Positions 36,798 through 47,754 of a DNA stretch of 64,000 nucleotides are shown in pieces. Location: positions 43,898,001-43,962,000 of the forward strand of contig CM059432.1 of the NCBI GenBank assembly GCA_030390025.1. The letters run 5' to 3'. The notes beneath the pieces were generated by a model. The model made no database searches, was not told the DNA's origin, and was given only the letters and a program-made list of their open reading frames with translations. Source of the stretch: Squalus acanthias (taxonomy: Eukaryota). Each line of letters begins with the position of its first letter. Positions within the stretch are counted from its first letter, which is position 1. Made by a program: the position numbers and the translations under genes.

Positions 36798-36836
36798 TTA
36801 CCTGACGAAGGAGCGAACTGCTCCGAAAGCTTGTAA
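36798..36836 (+). ncRNA. Minimal type-I hammerhead ribozyme (PLE-associated)
   Basis: Stem I TTAC/GTAA; core CTGACGA (36802-36808); stem II GGAGC/GCTCC; GAAA (36825-36828); palindromic AAGCTT in place of stem III. Confidence 0.8.
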
Positions 36837-37865
36837 AATTAAATAAATCTGTTGGACTATAACCTGGTGTTGTGCGACTTCTCATTCTTAAAAATAGTGA
36901 TGGCAGCAAAAGTGGGCCAGAGCAGATGGGAGTGGGATGGGCAGCAGTCAGAGTTGGGGAACATTTTTGAAGTGTAATGGGAGTGGTGTGTGGAGGAGGG
37001 GGAAACTGGGAGGTGGCTGGAGGCAGGAGAATGGCAGGCAAAGACAAAAGATTAAGGGGGAAGTAGAGGCGAGGAGAGGGGAAGAAATATTTGAATTTAC
37101 AATTGTTTTCCCCAAAGGGTTTTAATATTTGCAGCTATAAAGCTTGCAGAGCTTTCATAGTCTAAAATGTAAAGCTATATAAAATATGAATTTAATTTAA
37201 ATAATGTTTGTGTTTCTCGAGGGAGGATCTGGACATCTTGTCCTGATAGTTCTGCAGCGCAGTGGGAGGCAGCATTAGGAGGGGCATGTAATTTCTGTGA
37301 TAGATTTTTTTAAAGGATTTGGGCGCTAGAGGCAGTAGGGGAGTCAGCGCAGGAGACTGTGGGCCAGATTAATTCCTGCAGGGCTTAATGGCAATTGCAG
37401 AAAGGGTCAGGCAGAAACAGAGGCGGGAGGCAGGTGATGGGAGGCAAGGCATTGAAGGCAGGCAGAAACAAGGCAGGAGTAAAACGTTTTGGGGGCAGGG
37501 AAGAAGCTAGGATGGGCAGGGAGAGGCCTCCTGCTTTTCTGGTGCTGCAGTGGGTATCCACTACAGTTTTGTTTCATCCAGTCCCAACCCGCCTTGAGCT
37601 GCTAATCCACCCCAGAGGGAAATCAAGCCCTATCTGTGAATGGTCAATAATCTCCCCAAATGCCTTTCCACTTTTATTAATGTTTGTTCATTCATTATGC
37701 TAATATTTTTCATACTTTCCGTACCAAAGGAGATTAACTTACATTTATATCTACATTAAGATCAATGCTGTTCTTCCTTTGTTCCTGCAATTAATTTGTC
37801 TAGACCCCAATGAATGCCATCAATCTCCCCTATACTAGCCATCTGGTCACAACCCCATTATAGAC

Positions 37866-37960
37866 TAGAATCATAGAATAGTTACAGCACAGAAGGAGGC
37901 CAGTTGGCCCTTCAAGCCCGTGCTGGCTCTCTGCAAGAGCACTTCAACTAGTCCCACTCC
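37866..37960 (-). mobile_element. CR1-type 3' tail fragment
   Basis: TAGAATCATAGAAT...AGCACAGAAGGAGGCC is the reverse complement of the CR1 tail. Confidence 0.7.
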
Positions 37961-40050
37961 TACATATGGAGGAAGATCCATTGGATTTTACTAGAGTTGT
38001 TGTACTATTTATTCTTGACACCAAAATAATATTTTAAATAATTTGCTCTTAATTCATAGTTGTTTAATTTAAATTATCTGATAATTCAATTTTATTTAGC
38101 ACTAAATTCCCACTTTGCTGCATTATTTATGTTGTTTAATTCAAATTCCCATTTTGAAGCGGAAAAATAACTTATAATTGCTAGGAGTAGACGGTATCAT
38201 GGTGCATTTCAAGAGTAGCGATATGGGCAATGAAAACCAAAGTGTGACAGGAAGGGACAGAGCGTACAAACATAAGAGTGCACCAGCAAATAAGGTCAGA
38301 ATAGAGAAAAATGATAAAAAGTTAAGATTAAAGGCTCTTTATCTGAATGCACGCAGCATTCGTAACAAGATAGATGAATTGACGGCACAAATAGAAATAA
38401 ATGGGTATGATCTAATAGCCATCACAGAGACGTGGTTGCAATGTGACCAAGGCTGGGAACTGAATATTCAGGGGTATTTGACATTTTGGAAGGATAGACA
38501 GAAAGAAAAGGGAGGTGTGGTAGCTCTGTTAATAAAGGATGAGATCAGTAGAATAGTGAGAAATGATCTTGGCTCGGAAGTTCCAGATGTAGAATCAATT
38601 TGGGTGGACGTAAGAAATAGTAAAGGAAAGAAGGCGCTGGTGGGAGTCGTCTATTGGCCCCCTAACAGTAGCTACACTACAGGACAGAGTATAAATCAAG
38701 AAATAATGGGGGCTTGTAAGAAAGGTACTGCAATAATCATGGGCAATTTTAATCTTCATATAGATTGGACAACTCAAATTGGCAAAAGCAACCTTGAGGA
38801 CTAGTTCATAGAGTGTATTCAGGACAGTTTCTTGGAACAATACATTGTGGAACCGACCAGGGAACAGGCTATTTTAGAACTGATAATGTGTAATGAAACA
38901 GGATTAATTAATGATCTCATAATAAAGGATCCTCTGGGGAAGAGTGATCATAACATGATAGAATTCCACATTCAGTTTGAAGGTGAGAAACTTGGGTCTG
39001 AAACTAAAGTATTAAACTTAAATAAAGGCAATTACAAAGGTATGAGGAGAGAGTTGGCTAAAGTGGACTGGGAAAATAGATTAGAAGGTAAGATGATAGA
39101 AAAGCAGTGGCAGACATTTAAAGAGATATTTCATGATGCTCAACAAAGATATATTTCAGTGAGAAAGAAAGACTCAAAGAGAAGGATGAACCAACCATGG
39201 CTAACCAAGGAAGTTAAGGATGGTATCAAATTGAAAGAAAAGGCGTACAATGTTGCAAAGATTAGTGGTAGGCCAGAAGATTGGGAAAATTTTAGAAACC
39301 AGCAAAGGATGACTAAAAAAAAATAAAGAGGGAGAAAATAGCTCATGAGAGTAAACTAGCAAGAAATATAAAAACTGACAGTAAGAGCTTCTACAAGTAT
39401 ATAAAAAGGAAGAGAGTAGCTAAAGTAAACATTGGTCCCTTAGAGGATGAGACTGGGGAAATAATAATGGGAAACAAAGAAATGGCAGAGGCATTGAACA
39501 AATATTTTGTATCTGTCTTCACAGTAGAGGACACTAAGGGGTAAAAATTCAGTTGGTTGTGCCTCCCGTTAGCGCCTTAAGAGGGCGCTAATGGGGCGCA
39601 AAGCCGCTAACGCCCGGGCGCAGCGATGTTTGCGCCGCTCGAGAACTTAACTAGAGATTGTGCGGCGGCGCTAAAACTTACCGCTGCGACCACCTGCGCG
39701 CGCAGATTATGACGTTATTCCATGGTGCAACGCCCTTGTGGCGCCCCGGAGCGGAAATTGAGTGGTGCCCCCTGCCTTACCGCCTGGCGCTTCCAACGAC
39801 CAGAAGACTGGAACGCTATCAATCGCTGTGGGGCTGGGGGGGGCGCTATTTAAAGGGGGCCTCTTCCTGTCTTTTTCTGTGGTCGACATTTATGCACCAC
39901 TCGTTCTGAGAGAGAGAGAGAGAGATTCGGAGAGAGAGAGAGAGAGACTTCTACATTGACTCAACGCTTTGTGAGGTAGTTTTGCCTATTCATCCTAACT
40001 TTGTTGCTACTTTAGTTGCTGTTCCTCATTACTTTGCTTGCAAAGAGAAT

Positions 40051-41211
40051 ATGGGGGCTGCACTGATTGGGGGCGTCGTCCTGCTCCAGCTGAATCGGAG
40101 GATACAGAGACGCAGAGAGAGAGTGGCAATGATGGCCAGATGGAGGAGGGCCATCAGGCGCATGTACAGGAGAGCTTACCCTCCCAGGGTATATCGTGAA
40201 CAGCTCTCCTACATCCATATGTCCGAGGAACTGTGTTTGCGAAGGCTGCGATTCAGCAAGGAGGTGGTCACTGAGCTCTGCCACCTGCTGTAGCCAGATC
40301 TGCAGCCTCAACTGAGGTCCAGGACGTCTCTGTCGGTGGCAGTGAAGGTCACAGTGGCTTTGAACTTCTACGCCACTGGCTCATTCCAAGCTGCTGTTGG
40401 GGACCTCGCCAATATCTCCCAGTTCGCGGTGCATTGCTGCATCCGGCAGGTCACAAATGCCCTCTTCAGAAGGAGACGAGATTTCATCTCTTTCCCTATG
40501 ACCCCAGACAAGCAGCGTGACCGCGCTCTGGGCTTTGCGAGGGTAGCGGGCTTCCCCATGGTGCAGGGCGCCATTGACTGCACGCATGTGGCTTTGCGTG
40601 CTCCGCGTGAGAATGCAGAGGAATTCAGGAACAGAAAGGGGTTCCATTCCTTGAATGTCCAGTTGGTCTGTGACCACAGACAGCTGATACTCGCTGTCAA
40701 TGCCCACTATCCTGGCAGCTGCCACGATGCTTTTATCCTGCGCCAGACTACTGTGGCAGAACTTTTCGAGGCACCGCATCAGCCAGTTGGTTGGCTTCTC
40801 GGGGACAAGGGGTATGCATTGAGCACCTGGCTGATGACACCGCTCCGTACGCCAAACACCCCTGCTGAGCTGCGGTACAATGAAAGCCATCAAGCAACCA
40901 GGAACATTATTGAGTGCACAATCGGCGTGCTGAAACAACGGTTCCGCTGTCTGGACCATTCCGGAGGCGCCCTGCAGTACTCGCCTGAGCAAGGATCGAA
41001 CTTCGTAGTCGTGTGCTGCATGTTGCACAACATGGCAATCCTCAGGACCCAGCCAATGCCACCAGGCCTTGTAGCACCACCAGAGGAGGAGGAGGAAGAG
41101 GAGGAAGAGGACGAGGACGATGATCATCAGCAGCACCAAGGCGGGAGGGCGGCCCACAATGGTCAAACTGCAAGGGCCGTCCGTCAACGGCTAATAGCAA
41201 GCCGCTTCTAG
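40051..41211 (+). pseudogene. Harbinger transposase (386 codons) with one in-frame TAG at 40291-40293
   Basis: ORFs 39982-40293 and 40336-41211 are in the same frame. GAIDCTH, YPGSCHDA, GDKGY and RNIIE motifs present. Confidence 0.92.
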
Positions 41212-41498
41212 GGCCCCTGCCATTGCTACCAACATTAATCAACCCAGCACGCAACCCCTAAGCCGGCCAAGGCACCAATAATTCCAACCACCAGCCATGT
41301 ATATTTTGAATACAGAAACTTATTTATTTTACAAACTCTGTGTGTGTCAATTCCTCATGACAAACTCATGGAAATAAACACAAAAAAACAGTCAATAACA
41401 TAACTGGTTCTCACAACCTGGAGATAATGTCCAAAACACTAAACAAAAGTTGGACCATGAACCTCGGCCTTTAATAAAAAAATGACCAGCATTTTGTC

Positions 41499-43429
41499 CT
41501 ACTTTTTGCCCTTCGAGGGTGATCTCCTTCCCTTGCGCACTTCCCCCCTTCTAACCCTACTGCTCCTCCGTAATGGGACCTCAGTGGCTGCAGCAAGGCT
41601 GGTGGAAGGCTGCTGCTCGTCAGACCCTGACACTGCAGATGCCACTGAAGGACGGCCTCGACCACTTCTGGGCCTGGAGGGCCCGGCTGCAGACTGCACC
41701 AACTCTGCATGGGCGGCAGCAGTCTGTCCTACAGGCGGTGGCAAGTGCAGTGGAGAAGTGACAGTGTTGGCAGCAGGAATGCTGTCATCGTGAGAGAGGA
41801 CAGCAACTCCCTGCTCGCCCGACACACTGGCACTCCCACGGGGCAGCACTTCAGCATCCGGAGCAATCTGCCGGAGAACAGATTGCTGGCCTGCTGCGGC
41901 GCGGTGACAGCCCCGGGGACATGTGCACGAACCATCGAGGTTGGCAGCAGTCTGTGCTTGCGTGGCCTCAATCTGAGTCTGTATGAGAGCAGTCAGAGAT
42001 GGGATCACGGCAGCCAGTGACTGAATTGCAGCACTAAGCATTAGTGTGGCATCCGCCTGTGCTACAGCGAAGTGCTCCACACTCCTTGCCAGTGACTCAA
42101 TGCATTCGGGCACCCTTCCCACTGCACCCATGAGCTCAGTGTGCATGCCCACCGCCTGGGTGTTCATTTCTGCGATCAGCCGCTCCTCCTCTGCGTCCAT
42201 TGCAGTAGGAGTGTCTGGCATACTCTCCCTCTGGGGAGAAGGCCCCCGTTCTTCCCTACCCCCCCCATGGCGTTGCTGCAGCCCGCTGGGTCCTGGAGCT
42301 TCACCCTCATCAGACCCTTCCCCCCTGCTCCCCTCCGGGGAAGGCGTGTTCCCAGTGTGGGCATGGGCTTCCTCGGGAGAGGGTGGCACTGATGCTCTGG
42401 CTTCCTCTTCCTCCTCAGCTGCAGCATCACTCCCAGTGGCAGCTTCAGGGCCCGTCTCCTCAGCTGGTGAATCACCATCTGAAAGCAGGGAGGTACAAGA
42501 GTGGCTTTAGCGTGAGGACAGGGTGGCAGTAAGGGAGGAATAAGTGCAGCGAGTTAGCAAGTTGGATTGAAAGTGTCAAAGGCTGGTGTTGTGAGGGACA
42601 AGTGGAAGGACAGAGGACAAAAAGGTGATGACCTTACCATTGCTGTCCAGAACGGGGTCGGCGTCTCCAGTGGCGACGGGACCGATCACCCGGCTTGCCA
42701 CAATCCTGTGGACGCGCTCCTCCAGATCGCTGAGGGGTTGCAGCTGAGGCCGCTCTCCACCTGTCCGTTGCTGCTGTCTCCTATTATGAGCCAGCTTAGC
42801 CTGCAAGAAAAAGGACAGCATCTGAGTAAATATACAGCCATGGTCTTGCCTGATGTGCCTCCCATAGGTGAATAGCCCTTACTGTATGCAGCCATGGTCT
42901 TGCCTGATGTGCCTCCCATAGGTGAATAGCCCTTACTGTTTGCAGCCATGGTCTTGCCTGATGTGCCTCCCATAGGTGAATAGCCCTTACTGTATGCAGC
43001 CATGGTCTTGCCTGATGTGCCTCCCATAGGTGAATAGCCCTTCCTGTATGCAAAGTGTGGAATGTGTGTGTGTGTTTGATGAAAGGGCCATAGGTGTTGG
43101 ATGAGTGTTGTGCATTGGGGTTTTAAGACCCTCTGGCCATAGAGTGAGGTTGAGATGGAGGGATGGAGAGGTATTGAGAAAAAGCCACTCACCCTGACGA
43201 CCCGAGTGAGGTCGTTGAACTTTTTGCGGCATTGAGTATGGGTCCTGGGCACCATGCTCCTGGAGGAGACGCTCTGAGCCACCTCCCTCCACACTCTTCT
43301 GAACTCGCGTGGCAAAGGCCTCCTGCCACTCTCAGGGAACAGCATACATCGTCTGTGCTCCACTGCGCCAACCAGAGCATCCAAGGCCCGCTCGGTGAAG
43401 TGATGAGCGCGTTCTCTCACCCTCTCCAT
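41499..43429 (-). CDS. Harbinger Myb/SANT DNA-binding protein, apparently intact three-exon gene (~459 aa)
   Basis: Exons 43429-43193 (237 bp), 42800-42638 (163 bp) and 42478-41499 (980 bp) with GTGAGT/CAG and GTAAGG/CAG borders. Sum 1380 bp, in frame, no internal stop; basic C-terminus. Confidence 0.85.
42835..43050. repeat. Four copies of a 54-bp tandem repeat in Myb intron 1
   Basis: Unit CAGCCATGGTCTTGCCTGATGTGCCTCCCATAGGTGAATAGCCCTTACTGTATG, nearly identical copies. Confidence 0.97.
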
Positions 43430-45506
43430 GCTTGGCAGCAAAATGGATTCACAGGTCTCTCCAGGCTGAGATTCAAGGCTGCAATGAGCAGGGTGTGGCT
43501 GGGGAGCAAGTGGCCCCCCCCCCCGCTTTAAGAAGTGGCCGGCGCCAGTGTGTCTGTGTTCCCTCGCTAACTGGCAGCAGCTGCGCTGCGCTCGCGCGCT
43601 GAGTTAGCGCCTCACTCCTTGGCCTTTGCGCCTTAAGACAGGTGTGCAGCGCCTGCTTTAGCGCTCCACTCACCTCCCGGGGCGGTAAAAGTGAAGTTTC
43701 CAGTCAGTGCCGATAATTAGCGCCAGGCGCTAATATTTGCGTCCAGACGATATTTGCGCCCCAAATGGGGCGCGACCTAATTTCTACCCCTAAAAACATC
43801 CCAGTAATAGTAGAAAATCAAGGGGCAAAGGGGAGGGAGGAACTTAAAACAATCACTATCACTAGAGAAAAAGTGCTGGGCAAACTTATGGGTCTAAAGG
43901 CTGACAAGTCCTCTGGACTTGATGGCCTGCATCCTAGGGTCTTAAAAGAAGTGACTACAGAGATAATGGATGCATTGGTTGTAATCTTCCAAAATTCCCT
44001 TGATTCTGGAAAAGTCCCAGCGGATTGGAAAACTGCAAATGTAATGTCCTTATTCAAAAAAGGAGGGAGACAGAAAGCATGAAACTATAGGCCAGTTAGC
44101 CTAACATCTGTCATTGGCAAAATTCTCAAATCCATTATTAAGGAAGTAGTAGCAGGGCATTTAGAAAATCATAATACAATCAAACAGAGTCAACATGGTT
44201 TTATGAAAGGGAAATTGTGTTTGACAAATCAATTAGCGTTCTTTGAGGAGGTAACGAGTAGGGTGGATAAAGGGGAACAAGTAGATGTAGTGTATTTGGA
44301 TTTCCAAACGGCATTCGACAAGATGCCACAAAAAAGGTTACTGCATAAGATAAGAGCTCATGGTGTTGGGGGTAATATATTAGATTGGATAGAGGAATGG
44401 CTAACTAACAGAAAACAGAGAGTCGGGATGGCAATCTGTAACTAGTGGGGTGCCACAGGGATCAGTGCTGGGGCCTCAACTATTTTCAATCTATATTAAT
44501 GACTTGGATGAAGGAAGTGAGTGTATTGTAGCCAAATTTGCAGACGATACAAAGATAGGTGGGAAAGCAAGTTGTGAGGAGGACATAAAGAGTCTGCAAA
44601 GGGATATAGATAGGTTAAGTGAGTGGGCAAGAATTTGGCAGATGGAGTATAATGTGCGAAAATGTGAAGTTATCCACTTTGATAGGAAGAATAGAAAAGA
44701 AAAATATTATTTAAATGGAGAAAGACTACAGAATGCGATGGTATAGAGGGATTTGGGTGTCCTCGTACATGAAACACAAAAAGTTAACATGCAGGTGCAG
44801 CAAGTAATTAGGAAGGCAAATGAAATGTTGGCCTTTATTTCAAGGGGGATAGAGTATAAAAGTAGGGAAGTCTTGCTACAACTGTACAGGGCGCTGGTGA
44901 GACCACACCTAGAGTACTGCGTACAGTTTTGGTCCCCTTATTTAAGGAGGGATATACTTGCATTGGAGGCACTTCAGAGAAGGTACTCTAGGTTGATGCC
45001 TGGGATGGGAGGGTTGTCTTATGAGGAAAGGTTGAGCAGGTTGGACCTATACTCATTGGAGTTTAGAAGAATGAGAGGTGAGCTTATTGAAACATATTAG
45101 ATTCTGAGGGGGTTGTACAGGGTAGATGCTGAGAGGATGTTTCCCCTCGTGGGGGAATCTAGAATGAGGGGTTGCCCATTTACGACGGAGATGAGGAGGA
45201 ATTTCTTCTCTCAGAGGGTCGTGAATCTTTGGAATTCTTTACCCCAGAGAGCTCTGAAGCTGAATCATTGAATACATTCAAGGCTGAGATAGACAGATTT
45301 ATGAGCAACAGGGAAGTCAAGGGTTATGGGGAGCGGGCAGGAAAGTGGAGTTGAGGCCAAAATCGGATCGGCCATGATCTCATTAAATGGCGCAGCAGGC
45401 TCGAGGGGCCGAATGGCCTGCTCCTGCTCCTATTTTTTATGTTCTTATGTAATGCTGATATTTTTGTATATGGTGCATGACCAGTTGTGTGTCTTTTTAA
45501 AAATCA

Positions 45507-45706
45507 AGAAGTCGCACAACACCAGGTTATAGTCCAACAGCTTTATTTGAAATCACAAGCTTTCGGAGCGCTGCTCCTTCGTCACCTGATGAAGGAGTAG
45601 CGCTCCGAAAGCTTGCGATTTCAAATAAAGCTGTTGGACTATAACCTGGTGTTGTGCGACTTCTCACATTTGTCCACCCCAGTCCAACACCGGCATCTCC
45701 ACATAA
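45507..45706 (+). mobile_element. 200-bp fold-back Penelope pseudo-LTR mini-element with hammerhead motif
   Basis: 78-bp arms 45507-45584 and 45587-45664 with 3 mismatches. 13-bp TSD TTTTTAAAAATCA (45494-45506 and 45707-45719). Homologous to 36800-36883. Confidence 0.92.
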
Positions 45707-46344
45707 TTTTTAAAAATCAGAAGAATCATGGACAAAGCCATGTTTACATTGAGAAGAAAATCATGAAACCTGATTTCAAAATCCCAGTAAAAATCCCTGA
45801 ATCTCATGGAACAAAGTGGAACTTGACTTAATCAGTCATCATAAACCACAGGCCCTAATTATATGGAACAATAGCCCCTTTGTGTATTATATGCAAGGCT
45901 ACTAGTTTTCCACATTCACAGAAAAACAGACCAAATTGTGAAATACAATCCGCAAAACACCAACAAATTTTTGAATCCCATGCAACAAAACTGGAAGTTG
46001 ATTAGTCAGTCACTACAAACCTCGGTCACAAGACTTCTGATGATATTAACTTGCCTTTCACTATTAGGAGTGTGTTTCAGCAGTTCTCTGCTGGGTCACT
46101 AGATGGAGCAACACACTGAACAGAGTTGTAGAAAGCGGCCTTCCTTTTAAAAGTTATTTTGTTATCAAGTTAGAAGATTGCAATTTATGACAATTTGTTT
46201 TGAGATGAAGATAGGTAAGACTGAAGATGATGAGAGATATATTTCATGCACAACTGAGATACTACATTCTATGTATTATCCAGAACAATATATTCCACCT
46301 TGAAAGCAACAAATTCTCAAAAACTGAAGTCTATACAGTAATGA

Positions 46345-46556
46345 AAAGCAAAAAACTGCAGGCACTGGTAATCAGAAACAAAAAATGAAAATGCTGGAAG
46401 CACTCAGCAGGTTAGTCAGCATTTGTGAAGAGAACAGATAAGTTAATGTTTCAGCTGTAGACCCTTTGTCAGAACAGAGGCTCTACATCCAAAAAATGAA
46501 CGTATCTGTTCTCTCTACAAATTCTAACTGACTTGTTGAGTGTTGTTAGCATTTTC
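46345..46556. mobile_element. Older degenerate fold-back Penelope pseudo-LTR (second family)
   Basis: Imperfect arms GAAAATGCTGGAAGCACTCAGCAGG... / ...ACTTGTTGAGTGTTGTTAGCATTTTC. Minus strand has a decayed core CTGACAAAGGGTCTACAGCTGAAAC. Confidence 0.7.
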
Positions 46557-46714
46557 TTCCCTATTTCTCCAAGCATCCTTGGATGCATCCCATTGGGTCC
46601 TGGCGTCTTGTCCTCCTTTAGGTTAATTAACTTCTCTAATACTTTTCTGTTATAATATCTCTCATCTTGTTTTTAACCAATTAGGATTTACCTCCTATCC
46701 AATATCTTCTTTTT

Positions 46715-47153
46715 TTTATTTGTTTATGGGATGTGACGTCGCTGGCAAGGCCAGCATTTATTGCCCATCCGTAATTGCCCTTGAGAAGGTGGAGGTGAGC
46801 CGCCTTCTTGAACCGCTGCAGTCCATGTGGTGAAGGTACTCCCACAGTGCTGTTAGGTAGGGAGTTCCAGGATTTTGACCCAGCGACGATGAAGGATCAG
46901 CGATATACTTCTAAGTCAGGATGGTGTGTGACTTGGAGGGAAACTTGGAGATGGTGGTGTTCCCATGCGCTTGCTGCCCTTGTCCTTCTAGGTGGAAGAG
47001 GTCGCGGGTTTGGAAGGTGCTGCCGAAGAAGCCTTGGCGAGTTGCTGCAGTGCATCTTGTAGATGGTACACACTGCAGCAACGGTACGCGGTGGTGGAGG
47101 GAGTGAATGTTTAAGGCAGTGGATGGGGTGCCAATCAAGCGGGCTGCTTTGTC
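46715..47153 (-). mobile_element. 3' fragment of the Zenon-like LINE
   Basis: Near-identical to 5770-6210. Confidence 0.93.
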
Positions 47154-47444
47154 TCTTTTGTATTGAAGTATTGTTAAGTATACCTACCAATTTCCACATA
47201 TATCCTCTACTAACTCACTAACCTCTCCTCTCTGGAGTTCCATTTCACATCTGACAATTTTCTTTTCACTGATACATTTGTGGAATACTTTACTGTCCCT
47301 TTTAATTTTTTTGAGACTCTCTCCTCATGCTCCTTGCTTTCCTGATTCCTTTCTTAATTCTTTATTTTCTTATTTTTTATATCTATAAGCCCCAATATGC
47401 TCTCTTCAATTTTAGTTAGTTTCCTCAGACTTCAGAAAATAGAA

Positions 47445-47754
47445 GGGGTAGATTTTCTCCCAGTGTAGACTACAGGTGGCCACCTGACGGAATGTGGCCG
47501 CTAGTTGCCTGATAGTCTTGGGGTGGGGCCGGGTCCATTTTTATGGTTAGGCCTCATTAGCATTCGACATTCAGACGGCAAGCTATGGGTGATAAATGAG
47601 TGTCCTGCAATATCGGGTGGCCCAGCTGGCCTCCGAGTCTGAAAAAGGTAGGTCTGTGGGGAAAGGAGTTCAATCTCGGTGGGGAGTCATTCCCCACCAT
47701 TTTCAGGGCACTACAGCCCCATTTCTACTGAGTGGGAGGCCCCAAAATCCCCCC
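47445..47754. mobile_element. Degenerate Harbinger-type MITE
   Basis: GGGGTAGATTTT ... AAAATCCCCCC ends. Confidence 0.45.

Larger units (their letters stand above)
35565..36883 (+). mobile_element. 5'-truncated Penelope-like element
   Basis: RT C-terminus plus GIY-YIG ORF, then a hammerhead-containing tail. Imperfect TSD ATTCTTAAAATGGTG (35550-35564) / ATTCTTAAAAATAGTG (36884-36899). Confidence 0.92.
39538..43790 (+). mobile_element. Full-length, young PIF/Harbinger copy C (4253 bp)
   Basis: TIR GGGGTA(A/G)AAATT; TSD TAA/TAA; CpG-rich ends; convergent genes. Confidence 0.96.
38200..45450 (+). mobile_element. CR1 LINE with near-complete decayed ORF2, split by Harbinger C
   Basis: APE domain (YLNARSIRNK, AITETWL, MGNFN, GKSDH) at 38330-38960; RT at 43794-45350; tail ~45450. 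VFTVEDT-KNIP joins across the Harbinger insertion. Confidence 0.95.

Noticed and set aside
42835..43050. CRISPR-like array
   Set aside because: Head-to-tail 54-bp units with no unique spacers, in a eukaryotic context.
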